Part shown: positions 1 through 12,986 of the stretch, piece by piece
Numbering within the stretch: position 1 is the stretch's first letter
Layout of the letters: each line of letters starts with the position of its first letter
Assembly (NCBI RefSeq): GCF_001194135.2
Contig: NC_068984.1
Location: 110,066,087 to 110,116,622 of the forward strand
Length of the DNA stretch: 50,536 nt
Direction of reading: 5' to 3'
Source of the DNA: Octopus bimaculoides
Lineage: Eukaryota
Translations under genes and position numbers: made by a program
Notes under the pieces: generated by a model
Database searches by the model: none
What the model was told of the DNA's origin: nothing
Seen by the model: only the letters and a program-made list of their open reading frames with translations

Positions 1-1674
1 TATATATATATATATATGTATGTATGTATAAAGTGTGTATATGTGTGCGCGTGTGTGTATGTGTGTGTACACATTACTGGGAATTTCAAAAATGGAATTT
101 AAATAATGATGACATTATAAAGTTTCTCTGTGTTATTGCAGAAGTTGCATGAACCTATAAAATTTTATAGATTGTTTATTTAGAATGAGCATGAATTATA
201 TGAAATGAATAGTCATAGCTGTGTCTTTGTTTTCAGTATTGCTTGGTTTCCCCATACCCTCTCTGAGCAGACATATAACCAAATGTGGTTCAATTCTCAC
301 CAATGAACTGGAATAGTTGTACATTTACAATTATAGGGACCGTTTCTCTCATTGATAGAGACATTGGTGTGTGATTTATACTTAATTTGGCTGCCATTCC
401 AAGCAGATTCTTGGGCCACTTTGAAGTGCTACTATTAGATCATCAATTATTTGAGTAATCATTGTATTTAGTATTTTACGTTTAACTATTCCTTGAGAGG
501 GAGAGACTTACATTTGACGTTTTTGTAACGCACATTTTGTATTTCGTCACCTTAAAATAAAAACTCCAGTGATGGCGTTAGATATTCAGAGAAAAATTTA
601 TTCATATGTGCTTCATGTTCTTCTATTCTATGCCTCTCGGGTAAGTTTTTAAAGCAAAAGAGCAAAGTATCAGCAGGATGTTTATTTTGTTTCTCTCTAA
701 CAAATTTCTAAATGTGTGAAATTGAAAACAAAATCTTTCAAAATACGAATAGCAGATCGCACATGCACATTTATAAGAAAAAACTGATAACATCTCGGGT
801 TGTCGACTAAAAAGTATACTATCCATTGTATAGAAAACATGATGACTTTTCCAAGAAGAAGAGAAAAGGAAGAAATTATGAGAAATAGCAAAAAGTTTCG
901 GAAGGAGATAGAGAAGGAAGCAACACAAAATTTTAAAAAAAGGAAGAAAAATGTAAGTCTGAGAACAGATGAAGTAAGAAGAGGCAATTATGAAATAACA
1001 CATCGGGAGAGATGATGACGTGGTGTAGAAAGCGATAAGAAGTTCGATGCTTGTTATATCATATATTGTTCAAGTACGAACATAGCGAGTGTGCCATTAT
1101 ACACATCATCATACACTCCACATTGCAACGGTTGCAACGCAGAGAAATAATAAATAAAAGTAAAACAAGAAACGAAGGTCAGGTGAATGAAAGAAAACTA
1201 ACAACAAAGAACAGGGGAAAGAAGACAGTTGAAAACGTAAGAATATTCGAGATGGAATTACATTTCATATTTTTACGATTTTATCATTATTATTTTTGTC
1301 AATTTTTACTGAGTCTTCAAAAATCTTGGATATTATGGATTTCCTTACAGAATAATTTCCAGTATATTATCGTATTTTATTTTACTTATCAAGAAGGATA
1401 ATAGCTAGATTATGTTAGAGCATATTGTTAAACTGTGAATGGAGTTCCGGGGACTCTAAAACTTTTATGCATTATGGATCTACAGCTAGAAAGTTTTTTC
1501 TCCAAGGTGCAGGCCTTCTAAAAAGTTTTCTTTTGTTGAAGAATACCAAATGCCTGTATATGCGTATCACCGTTGTTGTCCAGGGGTAAGGCAGACACAG
1601 CACTATCTGCAACGTCTGGGCGTTACTCTCGGAACAGGTTTAGCAAAGCATCCTATCAGGTTTCACCCTATTGG

Positions 1675-1800
1675 TTTCACTGGCACTTTAATTATCGACA
1701 CCTAATTAATAAACGGAAAGGGCAACCTAAGTGAGATTTGGACTCAGAATGCAGACCCAGAATATGTACAGCAAGGCATCTAGTTCAAATCTGCTATACC
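1675..1800 (-). mobile_element. highly decayed family B fragment
   Basis: ACTTTAATTATCGAC...GATTTGGACTCAGAA resemble the reverse complement of the B core and B box. Confidence 0.45.
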
Positions 1801-2056
1801 GCTGTCTTTAAGTACAGTTAACATTAAAAATAACGAGTTAGAAAGCTACTTGACCTTTAAGATAGTCAAACACTAAGAATTTTTAAATCTTTTTTTTATT
1901 TTAGAAATATTGCTTTAGAAATGCTTCTTTGTAGAAGAAAAACTATTAACCTATTCCTCAACCTTCCAAGTAGCTCAAATTTGCTCAAGATAAATGTAAG
2001 TACTCTGGCATGTGTGATACCTCTGTTTTAGGGATGGGATAATAGTCTAATAAAAA

Positions 2057-2230
2057 TACGAGGCTGGACTGAAAAATTCGTTGACTGACTATGAAGAACT
2101 GATGCTATAGCTGTGATATCTTGCATGCAGTAATTTCAACTCTGCATTGTTTTGATCAGTTATAAAAGATGTAATACCTGTCTAAGACAACTACGTTATT
2201 TAACTCGAACAATCAGGTGACTTATGAGTT
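2057..2230 (+). mobile_element. possible decayed mariner-like MITE end
   Basis: TACGAGGCTGGACTGAAAAATTC resembles TACGAGG...GAAAAG mariner TIRs. The partner end was not found. Confidence 0.35.
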
Positions 2231-2925
2231 AGATGTGCGAAATACCAGTTAGTTAGCATACTGAGAAGCAACATTTACATGTATTTTACAGGATATACCT
2301 AAAAAGGGGAATCATTCCAGGCTTGGTGTCACTTTGTCTCGAGCTATTGCTTTTATTTCTCTGAATATTAGAATAACACCCTAACCATGGGAAGAGTTTA
2401 TCATTGTTTAACACCAGAGAATTTGCACTAACAACCGGTCCATCAAAGACAACTTTAGTGTTCTATAAACATTCCACATCTGAATCTCCTTTATGACAGT
2501 TAATAATTTGTAATCACGCTTCAAAATTTATCAATCTGCCAAAACTTCAGAATTATTCCACTACATGAGATAATTGGTACCATTGAAGTATTGATTTTAT
2601 TCGCATTCTTTCAAAGATTTAGGATATCAAGTATCTACATGAAAGCACGAGAACATTACTTTTCAATTACCTGCAGTTTGTTCATTCCAGGTAGGTTACA
2701 ATGATATTCTTTGTAATTTTGTCATTGTTTATGATACTGTTATCCCAAAGTAAGCCATCAATATGAGGATCACTGAGCAAAGCATTTTAGTCACAGCATT
2801 CCTAATCTTTCTTCACTGCATTGTGTATTTAGAACTGCATTATAAAATGCATCTCCCTCATTTCAAGGCTGGACCATCAAACACGATATCAACATATCAT
2901 AGAACCGGTGGTAAAACATGCACAT

Positions 2926-3127
2926 ACTCTTTACTTGTTTCAGTCATTTGACTGCGGCCATGATGGAGCACCGCCTTTAGTCGAGCAAATCGACCCCAGG
3001 ACTTATTCTTTGTAAGCCTAGTACTTATTCTATCGGTCTCTTTTTGCCGAACCGCTAAGTTACGGGGACGTAAACACACCAGCATCGGTTGTCAAGCGAT
3101 GGTAGGGGGACAAACACAGACACACAA

Positions 3128-3170
<43 letters not shown>

Positions 3171-3328
3171 TACGATGGGCTTCTTTCAGTTTCCGTCTAC
3201 CAAATCCACTCACAAGGGTTTGGTCGGTCCGAGGCTATAGTAGAAGACACTTGCCCAAGGTGCCACGCAGTGGGACTGAACCCGGAACCATGTGGTTGGT
3301 AAGCAAGTTACCTACCACACAGCCACTC
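2926..3328 (-). mobile_element. SINE family A, full length (tRNA-like head, CORE-like segment, internal CA/TA microsatellite, 3' module)
   Basis: Minus-strand head GAGTGGCTGTGTGGTAGG...GGTTCAGTCCC has A/B-box-like motifs, followed by CACCTTGGGCAAGTG (resembles the start of the CORE/MIR domain). Near-identical copy at 24784-25192. Confidence 0.9.
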
Positions 3329-3376
3329 TCACAAAACAAAACATAGTTCAACCAACCATAGTAATTATAAAAATGT

Positions 3377-3571
3377 GAGATGGCAAAATCGTTAGCACGC
3401 CGGGCAAGGTGCTTAGCCGCATTTCGTCCGTCTTTACGTTCTGGGTTCAAATCCTACCGGGGTCGACATTCAAGGTCGATAAAATAAGTACTAGTTGAGC
3501 ACTAGGGTTGATGTAATTGACCTACAGCTCCACAGAAATTGCTGGCCATGTGCCAAAATATGAAATCAATT
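3377..3571 (+). mobile_element. SINE family B (tail type 2)
   Basis: GTTAGCACGCCGGGCAA...GTTCAAAT...GTCGATAAAATAAGTAC core, which is repeated many times in the window. Confidence 0.85.
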
Positions 3572-3743
3572 ATGGAAATGTGATACTAATAGTAAAGAAT
3601 GCTTATGGAATTCCAAAAGTTATCTCATTAATGAACATATACAGGAGATAAAAACCTACTCCTGTGAAACGGATGGTGAAAGCTTTAATGGAAAAGGGAA
3701 GAGAAATATATATTTTACTTTGAAATTCATCGACATGCAATAA

Positions 3744-3955
3744 AAGGACGAGTTGGCAGAATCGTTAGAACACCGAAGATACTGCTTAGCATCATTCTGT
3801 CTCCCTTTAACGTTCTGAGTTCAAATCCCAAAGACGTATATAATTTTGCTTCATCCTTTCGGTCAATAAAACTGTACCAGTTGAGCACTGGAGTCGATGT
3901 AATCGACTTACACACTCCCCCGAAATTACTAGCACTGTACCAAATTTTAAAACCT
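3744..3955 (+). mobile_element. SINE family B (tail type 2), diverged
   Basis: Same head and core, ending CCCCCGAAATT...AAAACC. Confidence 0.8.
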
Positions 3956-4354
3956 ATTTTCTTATGCAATCATAAAGATTGAACTTCTACCTTCAGTTGT
4001 TTGTTTTGAAAGACAAAGACTGTTTCATATTAAGAGTGAGTGCTTGAACCTGATTTCTTTAACATTGAAGGACATAAATATCCTCCCGTAGAGGCTCGTA
4101 ACTATCATAGTAAAATATTAGAGATTTCCTACAGGGACCATTTACTTGTAGAGGCAGACTTAGTGCATCTAGGACTATACAACTTAATATATAAGCTAGT
4201 GATTTAAAGAAGATATAGCTGATATTTCTAACACAGTAAGTGATCACGTTGGCTTGTCAATACTCATATAAAAATATAAATCGCGCATAGAAATTATAGT
4301 CAACATTAATACACCTTAATTACCTCTATACTGCATTAAGTACACGTATATATG

Positions 4355-4408
<54 letters not shown>

Positions 4409-4666
4409 CGCATATATATTAATTTGTAAATATATGATTATTTTTAATTACAAACTAATAATAAATGATCACATTGTTTAAATTAATTAATTATTATTTT
4501 TATAGATATTTAATTGATGTTTGCATTAACTTATCGTTAATTAGTTTTCAACAGATATTCTTATAAGTACATACATATATATATACATCAGATTAAAGAG
4601 CAATAAATTACAAAACGTTGTTAGTTATTAGTCAATAGTCGTTGCTGTATTTTGTTATATTATGGT

Positions 4667-4673
4667 ATTGTTA

Positions 4674-4728
<55 letters not shown>

Positions 4729-4729
4729 G

Positions 4730-4771
<42 letters not shown>
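4667..4771. repeat. (ATT)n microsatellite
   Basis: Read directly. Confidence 0.97.
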
Positions 4772-4772
4772 T

Positions 4773-5328
4773 GGTGAGAGGGCAGCGCCTGCGAAGAAAG
4801 TGACACTGGGGTACAGATATGCGAAGCCCAATATACCCATCATGACTACTTGTCTCATAAGTGTACACCAGGTGCATGCATAACAACCATATGTGCGTGA
4901 CATAGTGGTTTCATATCAAAATAAACAGCGCATGACTTTTCAGGTGGGGCCCAATAAGAATTTCCCTCAGGTCGAGTAACCTACCCCACTCAAAAGATCC
5001 CTGAATGACGTTTGTTTAAGGATGATGACCAAAATACTCATGTTTCCGGAGGTGAATTATTCGAACCCCAAAGAATTCCTCTCAACACATGGTTATGATG
5101 CTCCCCCACTATTTCTGCTCGTAAACAGAGATGCACATACCGTTAGCCACTAAGAGAAATGATCAACTAGTTATGCTCAAGCAACTGACAAGCAAATTTG
5201 TGGTATTGAGCAGAATATTTGCGGTAGCCCATCTTTTATACCAAGACAAAACAATGTACATGATAGCACTTCCAATCAGTTAAGACGAGAAGCTATGTGA
5301 GCCACTGCTTGGTACTGCATCAAGGCAT
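4773..5328. mobile_element. ~555 bp non-coding interspersed repeat flanked by ATT tracts
   Basis: GC-richer unit bounded by long (ATT)n on the left and TTATTATTATT on the right. I recall it as a high-copy octopus repeat, but there is only one copy here, so this cannot be verified in the window. Confidence 0.5.
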
Positions 5329-5482
5329 ATTTATTATTATTAACACCTACTGTCGCGTGTGGGACAGATCCGGCTGTCGACTGAATTCATCGTGTAGATC
5401 GCCCAGTTACCTCCCTTTATATGCCTGGTGGTCATAGCAGAAGAGGCTGTGTAGTGGTCGAGATTGAAGAGACTGAAGACAA

Positions 5483-6334
5483 NNNNNNNNNNNNNNNNNN
5501 NNNNNNNNNNNNNNNNNNNNNNNNNNNNNNNNNNNNNNNNNNNNNNNNNNNNNNNNNNNNNNNNNNNNNNNNNNNNNNNNNNNNNNNNNNNNNNNNNNNN
5601 NNNNNNNNNNNNNNNNNNNNNNNNNNNNNNNNNNNNNNNNNNNNNNNNNNNNNNNNNNNNNNNNNNNNNNNNNNNNNNNNNNNNNNNNNNNNNNNNNNNN
5701 NNNNNNNNNNNNNNNNNNNNNNNNNNNNNNNNNNNNNNNNNNNNNNNNNNNNNNNNNNNNNNNNNNNNNNNNNNNNNNNNNNNNNNNNNNNNNNNNNNNN
5801 NNNNNNNNNNNNNNNNNNNNNNNNNNNNNNNNNNNNNNNNNNNNNNNNNNNNNNNNNNNNNNNNNNNNNNNNNNNNNNNNNNNNNNNNNNNNNNNNNNNN
5901 NNNNNNNNNNNNNNNNNNNNNNNNNNNNNNNNNNNNNNNNNNNNNNNNNNNNNNNNNNNNNNNNNNNNNNNNNNNNNNNNNNNNNNNNNNNNNNNNNNNN
6001 NNNNNNNNNNNNNNNNNNNNNNNNNNNNNNNNNNNNNNNNNNNNNNNNNNNNNNNNNNNNNNNNNNNNNNNNNNNNNNNNNNNNNNNNNNNNNNNNNNNN
6101 NNNNNNNNNNNNNNNNNNNNNNNNNNNNNNNNNNNNNNNNNNNNNNNNNNNNNNNNNNNNNNNNNNNNNNNNNNNNNNNNNNNNNNNNNNNNNNNNNNNN
6201 NNNNNNNNNNNNNNNNNNNNNNNNNNNNNNNNNNNNNNNNNNNNNNNNNNNNNNNNNNNNNNNNNNNNNNNNNNNNNNNNNNNNNNNNNNNNNNNNNNNN
6301 NNNNNNNNNNNNNNNNNNNNNNNNNNNNNNNNNN
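5483..6334. other. assembly gap (largest; others at 8495-8855, 12730-12869, 14221-14230, 19250-19621, 28228-28387, 28729-29238, 35413-35917, 41741-41750, 42597-43302, 49017-49501, 50127-50136)
   Basis: N runs, mostly bordered by microsatellites. Confidence 1.
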
Positions 6335-6336
6335 TC

Positions 6337-6459
<123 letters not shown>

Positions 6460-6530
6460 AATTTTGCTAATTCTGATCATAGAAATTTGCTAATTCTGAT
6501 CAATAGAAATTTGCAAAAATTTGATCATAA
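6460..6530. repeat. minisatellite, ~22 bp x3
   Basis: AATTTGCTAATTCTGATCA(A)TAGA units. Confidence 0.85.
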
Positions 6531-6569
6531 CACAATGGATTCCATACATCTAACATAATATAACACGCA

Positions 6570-6664
6570 GGCATGGCAGTGTGGTTTAAGTATTTGCTAT
6601 GAAACAAGTTATTTGCAGTTTCGATCCCAATGAAAGGCATTTTCAACAAGTTTCATTTATTGTA
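6570..6664 (+). mobile_element. decayed tRNA-derived SINE head (A-like)
   Basis: CATGGCAGTGTGGTTTAAG...GTTTCGATCCCA gives A-box/B-box-like spacing. Confidence 0.45.
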
Positions 6665-6895
6665 GGCTTAAGACTGGACATGCACTGATAATCTTAAGAT
6701 TGTAGTTTCGATTCTTTGACTGGATGACATGTGGCGTTCTTGTGCAAAACTCATCATTTTACGTTGCTCAAGCTCAATTTCCTAACGAAAATGAGTAATC
6801 TATGACGGAATGGTGTCACGTCCATGAGAGAATATATGCGGTACCGGAACCAGGAAACTGGCCTATTGAGTGTGACTCGGAGAGGATTTTTATCC
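6665..6895 (+). mobile_element. SINE family D, diverged
   Basis: Collinear with the reverse complement of 47821-48068. Confidence 0.7.
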
Positions 6896-7328
6896 CATAC
6901 ATACATACATACATACATACATATGCATATATGTCTGTGTGAGTGCAAGCATGAATCATTCAATTAATCTACCTATGTAAGTGTGTATATATGCATGTTT
7001 GTTGGTATGCATATATGTATATATACATTTTAAAAGGTGTTTTAGAAAGATACTTCAGGTTATAGGCACAGTAGAAATATTCCACATGCTACTCTTATGT
7101 TTGACTTGGTTTGACAATAACTATCATAACTCCAGATATGCTACTATTAAGAATCCACAGCTCAATATAGGAATAGGAACTTAGAAAATATAACTGGTAA
7201 TTTATGCTTTATATAATGCTATTTTCCCTACTAATGCTGACGATGTAAGTCGACTGCATTGTCTTGCATCATAGAGCCTACCGGCTTATGTAACGATGGT
7301 TTTGTCTTACTGAAACACGTGTACATTT

Positions 7329-7391
7329 TATAAAGTATAAAATACAAGTTATATAAAGTATAAAATACAAGTTATATAAAGTATAAAATAC
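7329..7391. repeat. minisatellite, 23 bp x2.7
   Basis: TATAAAGTATAAAATACAAGTTA units. Confidence 0.9.
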
Positions 7392-8289
7392 CAGTTCCAT
7401 CTCCTATATATATGTATATATGTGTGGGGGTGGGGTGGGGTTGTATGTGTCCGTGCATGTACGCGTGTGTTTGCGTGAATGAACTCACAATTACCGGTGT
7501 TGTGCATAAAATTTAACTTTGCCATTCCATAAATACAGACTAACAAGATTTGCACTCGGCTCAATATGATCATTCAAAACCCTTAATAGCACCGATCAAA
7601 CAAGTGAAAGTATCAAAAGAAAAAAAGAAATGCTCTAGATATATCAGTTACGATTGAACTTTTTCGAAAAATCAGCGGTCTATTATTTTTTTTATTATCA
7701 ATTTTACCCCCATCATATCCTTATGCTATGTCCTACATTTCTGAAGTTAATATAACGGTTCCAGTTCTTTATTAAAATAAGGCAGAAATTTTGTTAGTGA
7801 GTACAACACAGAAAAGATTTCATACATTCCAATCTAATTCACTGTTTCATGAAAGTAACTAATTTAATTGAGTAACGTACGAATAAAAAACGAATTGAAA
7901 GTCTAAAGCTAAACAGCAACAAATATGAGGTATTGAAAGCTACTCATTGTTAGCAATTTTCAGTTTGAAGTCTTTCTCTCTGTCCGCGTCTGTGTCTCTC
8001 TCCTACATCTTCTCCTCTTTCTCTCTCCCTCTGTCTCATATTTTCTCTTTTACTCAGTCACATTTTTTCTCTCGCCTTCTCTTTCTCTTTCAATATTGTT
8101 TGCTTGATGGTAATTTCTGAGTTACATTTCTCATAATTGAGGTGCATATTATGTATGTTTTGTAATTGACAAAGTGTCAACATGAGGTTTGTGTAAACAT
8201 TGCAAGATCTTTTCTTTTCGTTAAGACAAAAAGAAAGTATAACAATAACAAAGAGTAGAATGAAGAAGAACAGACAGAAAGAAAGCATA

Positions 8290-8907
8290 TGAGTGAAAGA
8301 GAGCGAGAGAGAGAGAGAGAGAGAGAGCGAGAAAGAGAGAGAGAGTAAGGAGCCGTTAATAGGAAGCAAATCTAAATATAAAATGCATACAAATATCACA
8401 CATGATATATACACACATATATATACAAACATATACAAACATAAATATATGTATGTATATGTCTCCCCATATATACATACATACATACATATATNNNNNN
8501 NNNNNNNNNNNNNNNNNNNNNNNNNNNNNNNNNNNNNNNNNNNNNNNNNNNNNNNNNNNNNNNNNNNNNNNNNNNNNNNNNNNNNNNNNNNNNNNNNNNN
8601 NNNNNNNNNNNNNNNNNNNNNNNNNNNNNNNNNNNNNNNNNNNNNNNNNNNNNNNNNNNNNNNNNNNNNNNNNNNNNNNNNNNNNNNNNNNNNNNNNNNN
8701 NNNNNNNNNNNNNNNNNNNNNNNNNNNNNNNNNNNNNNNNNNNNNNNNNNNNNNNNNNNNNNNNNNNNNNNNNNNNNNNNNNNNNNNNNNNNNNNNNNNN
8801 NNNNNNNNNNNNNNNNNNNNNNNNNNNNNNNNNNNNNNNNNNNNNNNNNNNNNNNTATATATATATATATATATATATACAAACATGTATATATACATAT
8901 ACATACA

Positions 8908-8952
<45 letters not shown>

Positions 8953-8975
8953 TTATGTGTGTGTGTGTGTGTGTA
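8290..8975. repeat. compound (GA)n/(TA)n/(ATAC)n/(GT)n region around the gap 8495-8855
   Basis: Read directly. Confidence 0.9.
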
Positions 8976-9386
8976 CGTGCATGTGTAGACAGAAAACTGG
9001 GCATAAAGTAGACAAAATGAAATAGAAGTGAAATAAAGAAAAACAACACCTCTACAAAATAACTATTAGGAATGATTGTTAAAAGTAAGAATCACTCGTA
9101 ACAATCATGAGACTGAATACATTTCTAACGGAAGATTTCCGAATCTTTTATTCTTTAACTAAACATAATCAGAGAGAGTGTTCCAAGTGATTAATATAGA
9201 TCAATCTACATTTTTCAAAGAATCAACCTACTAATTCTAAATATTTGCCAAGATACCAAAATGTAAAAAAAAAATAATCAAAAAAAAAAAAAATCATAAT
9301 TTTGGTTTCCATTCCTAATTTTTGTATACTTTGATTATTTTACATATTTTTTAATAATATTTTCTTTCATTAGATTATTCTTTGTA

Positions 9387-9518
<132 letters not shown>

Positions 9519-10179
9519 GTCGTTGTTGTTTGTATTACAACATCCTTTTTACCGAAGTGATGATTTTTGTTTGTAATAATACGGTGAAACATCATCTCTT
9601 TTACAAATCGGCATTTTGCAATCAAGATAATTTCAGAGACAAAACTAACAACTGAACGGTTTGGAGGTCAATAATTATATCTGAATGTTGCAATTCTCCA
9701 CAGACAATCTGATTCGATGCTAATCAATGCTGTGATCTTAGAGTTATCTCATAATGAAGAGAATTTCCTGCTTAATGTTTGTGCATCGTCTTTTCAGTCT
9801 GCTTCTTATATTTGTCTTTATTTTTTTTACATTTATTTTTCCTTTGCCTTATTTGTTGTTCATATGCTAATTAACTTGTCTTTGTTTTCTATAATAGATA
9901 TTAAGAGAAATTCACCAACTGTTTGTATGTTTCGCTGTAAAATTATTAATTTTTCCTCATTATTATTATTATTTATTATTTTATTTTTCCTCCACAGAAG
10001 ATGGAAAATTTCAAAGATGAATTCTTCTGTTTATAGAAGATTTGTAGTTCTTTAAAAAAGAGAAATAGTAATTTCTTGAAAGCCTTTTATATAATTTATT
10101 TTTTCATCTTTGGTCTCACATTTAGGATTAGTGTTTTCCGGTTATATTTAATGGAACTAAAAGCAACAGTGTTTGTATG

Positions 10180-10199
10180 CATGTACAATTGTATGTGTT

Positions 10200-10249
<50 letters not shown>

Positions 10250-10480
10250 TATATGTAATGTATGTATGAGTAAACATATATACACATATATATGTACATA
10301 TGTGTATATGTGTGTATGTATATGTATGTATATGTATAGACGCATACTTTTACACATGCATACATAGATTCTCTGTAAAATGTATGCTCAAATATGAATA
10401 TATATGTATATGTTGATATTGTTTATGCATGTACTCACGTAAATATGTATGCATATACGTACATACTCATACACATGTAC
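10180..10480. repeat. (TA)n/(TG)n low-complexity tract
   Basis: Read directly. Confidence 0.85.
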
Positions 10481-11019
10481 ATAGAATAAGTGGTCGAGAA
10501 TTAGTACACACATTAGTCTTAATTGATGCAAACGCCACTCATACAGTGTTTATTATTGCTCGTTTTGTCAAATTGTCTCTATATAAATATATTTCGTGAT
10601 GTTTGCATATGTGTGTTTATCTTCACGTGTATATGTTAGTATGCGGGTGTGAATGATGTTACTATAAATTAAAACTTTTCCGAATCTAAATCTGCAACAT
10701 ACCTTCGATTTGTTGTTGAGCCATTTTCTACCTCTTTACATTTTATACGATTTCTTGTTCAAGTTATTGAGTGGGACGTCCTTATTGTTTACATTTGTTT
10801 TTATTTTTTAAATTATATCTCATTTCATTGTATTGTGTTTATATTAATTCATTAAATTATTTGATATATACTTTTCTTCTAAAAAATATTTCATACGTTT
10901 CACTATATCGCATAATGCCTTTACTCCATTTTTCTTTTTATGCAACTGTTTGATTACCTCCGTGTGTTTTTGTAATATCTTTGTTACAAGAAATTTGCAT
11001 GCAATGAATGACTGGTTAT

Positions 11020-11401
11020 TGTTGGCACTCCGTCGGTTACGACGACGAGGGTTCCAGTTGATCCGATCAATGGAACAGCCTGCTCGTGAAATTAACGTGC
11101 AAGTGGCTGAGCACTCCACAGACACGTGTACCCTTAACGAAGTTCTCCAGGATATTCAGCGTGACGCAAAATGTGACAAGGCTGGCCCTTTGAAATACAG
11201 GTACAACGGAAAAAGGAAGAAAGAGTGAGAGAAAGTTGTGGTGAAAGAATACAGCAGGGTTCGCCACCATCCCCTGCCGGAGCCTCGTGGAACTTTAGGT
11301 GCTTTCACTCAATAAACATTCACAACGCCCGGTCTGGGAATCGAAATCGCGATCCTACAACCGCGAGTCCGCTGCCCTAACCACTGGGCCATTGCGCCTC
11401 C
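11020..11401 (-). mobile_element. SINE family C (tRNA-Arg-like head), full length, with a 16 bp TSD
   Basis: Minus head GGAGGCGCAATGGCCCAGTGGTTAGGGCAGCGGACTCGCGG (TCG at the anticodon position), B box TTCGATTCC. ATGAATGACTGGTTAT is duplicated at 11004-11019 and 11402-11417. tRNA-Arg-derived SINEs are known in octopus; I have not verified which named family this is. Confidence 0.92.
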
Positions 11402-12199
11402 ATGAATGACTGGTTATAGCTATATAATAAATTGCTCGAACATGAACATATGCTGATATAACTTTAGATATTACTTGACGACTACGACGACGACGGTGAA
11501 CAGGTGTGGTCAGCGTTCTGTGGTAAGCCCTCCTACATTTCATTTCTTTGACTGTGCTGCAATTTTAGGTCATGTGCAAACCTACGTCGGGCCTTTGGTA
11601 TCATTGCACTCTATCAGTTAGTTGGTGTAAAGTCTACTTTGGCATTTCATAGATATGTCTACGAGTGATTCTGGTTGTCGACGAGTACAGTCTGCACTGG
11701 TTCTTCTGGATAACTTTTAAGTTTGATCTTATAAAAAACTTCCTCATATCCTTAGCTTGGCAGCATTAATGAGGTGCAGTGTCTGTTTGGGATAAACTTC
11801 CCGGGTAAGGCTGTATTGAAGCCTCCAGTAACCGAATTGGTCCTGAATGAGCGCTAGGTGACAAAACAGTTTGACGCGAACTCGTTCAATGTTTATGCAT
11901 TTCTGTTTAATGGGTTTATATTCAACTGCTGTTAACACATATGAGACGGACTCGGCTATCTGCTGAGTCTTTTGTGAAAATTGAATTACCATCTTCCTTT
12001 GACAAAGAAGAAAGGCCGGTCTTGTCTGAAAACAGTGCTTTTCAACTCCCAATAAGCCTTCTTTTTTTTTCGAGTCCCATATGAAGAATACGGTAAGAGT
12101 AGAGGAAGGCAAAGATAGAGAGGAAACTGAAAGTAGAGAAGAAAGTGAGAGTAGAGAAGAAGATGAGAGTAGAGTGGTAGGTGCTGCCTTTTAATAAAT

Positions 12200-12200
<1 letters not shown>

Positions 12201-12283
<83 letters not shown>
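12201..12283. repeat. (CAT)n(ATT)n compound microsatellite
   Basis: Read directly. Confidence 0.97.
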
Positions 12284-12285
<2 letters not shown>

Positions 12286-12500
12286 GGCAGTGAGCTGGCA
12301 GAATCATTAACACGCTGGACGAAATGTATAGCGGTAGTTCACTCGTCGCTTCTTTCTGAATTCGAATTCCGCCGAGGTCGACTTAGCCTTTTATCTTTTC
12401 GGAGTCGATAAATTAAGTACCAGTGAAAAACTCGGGTCGATGTGATCAATTATCACTCTCCCCGTCAGATTCCAGACCTTGTAACTATAGTAGAAAGGAT
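12284..12500 (+). mobile_element. SINE family B (tail type 3)
   Basis: AAGGCAGTGAGCTGGCAGAATC...CCGCCGAGGTCGAC...; ends TATAGTAGAAAGGAT followed by (ATT)n. Confidence 0.85.
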
Positions 12501-12889
12501 TATTATTATTATTATTGTTGTTGTTGTTGTTGTTATATTAAAAAATGTATTTATATCAATTACTTTCTTAACGGTATGATTTAATATTTTATATTAAATT
12601 TATTCGCTCACGATTTTAATTTTTTCAAACAATAATTTATAATCTTTAATAATATTTCCAAGTTACACATTGAATACATGTACAATAAAGAAGTCAACAT
12701 AAATCAATTTCATTAAGATGAAAAGTGACNNNNNNNNNNNNNNNNNNNNNNNNNNNNNNNNNNNNNNNNNNNNNNNNNNNNNNNNNNNNNNNNNNNNNNN
12801 NNNNNNNNNNNNNNNNNNNNNNNNNNNNNNNNNNNNNNNNNNNNNNNNNNNNNNNNNNNNNNNNNNNNNTATATATATATGTATGTGTG

Positions 12890-12937
<48 letters not shown>

Positions 12938-12986
12938 TTTTACTGTTGAATTCTTAGCCATAAATAACATTTGATATGACTTTTTA

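Noticed and set aside
623-1401. Overlapping hydrophobic or Lys/Glu-rich ORFs
   Set aside because: Explained by A/G strand skew; no domain or coherent exon structure.
2291-2460. 58-codon open minus frame (NTKVVFDGPVVSANSLVLNNDKLFPWLGC...)
   Set aside because: Protein-like but no family recognised, and splice signals are weak.
11310-11401. tRNA-Arg-like sequences (also 22560-22640, 47990-48068 and the A heads)
   Set aside because: They continue directly into SINE bodies and lack a tRNA acceptor-stem 3' half, so they are SINE heads rather than tRNA genes.
11460-12112. 122 aa minus ORF and adjacent frames with faint resemblance to R4/Dong-type LINE N-terminal regions
   Set aside because: Similarity is too weak to support by eye; it needs a tBLASTn/HMM search.
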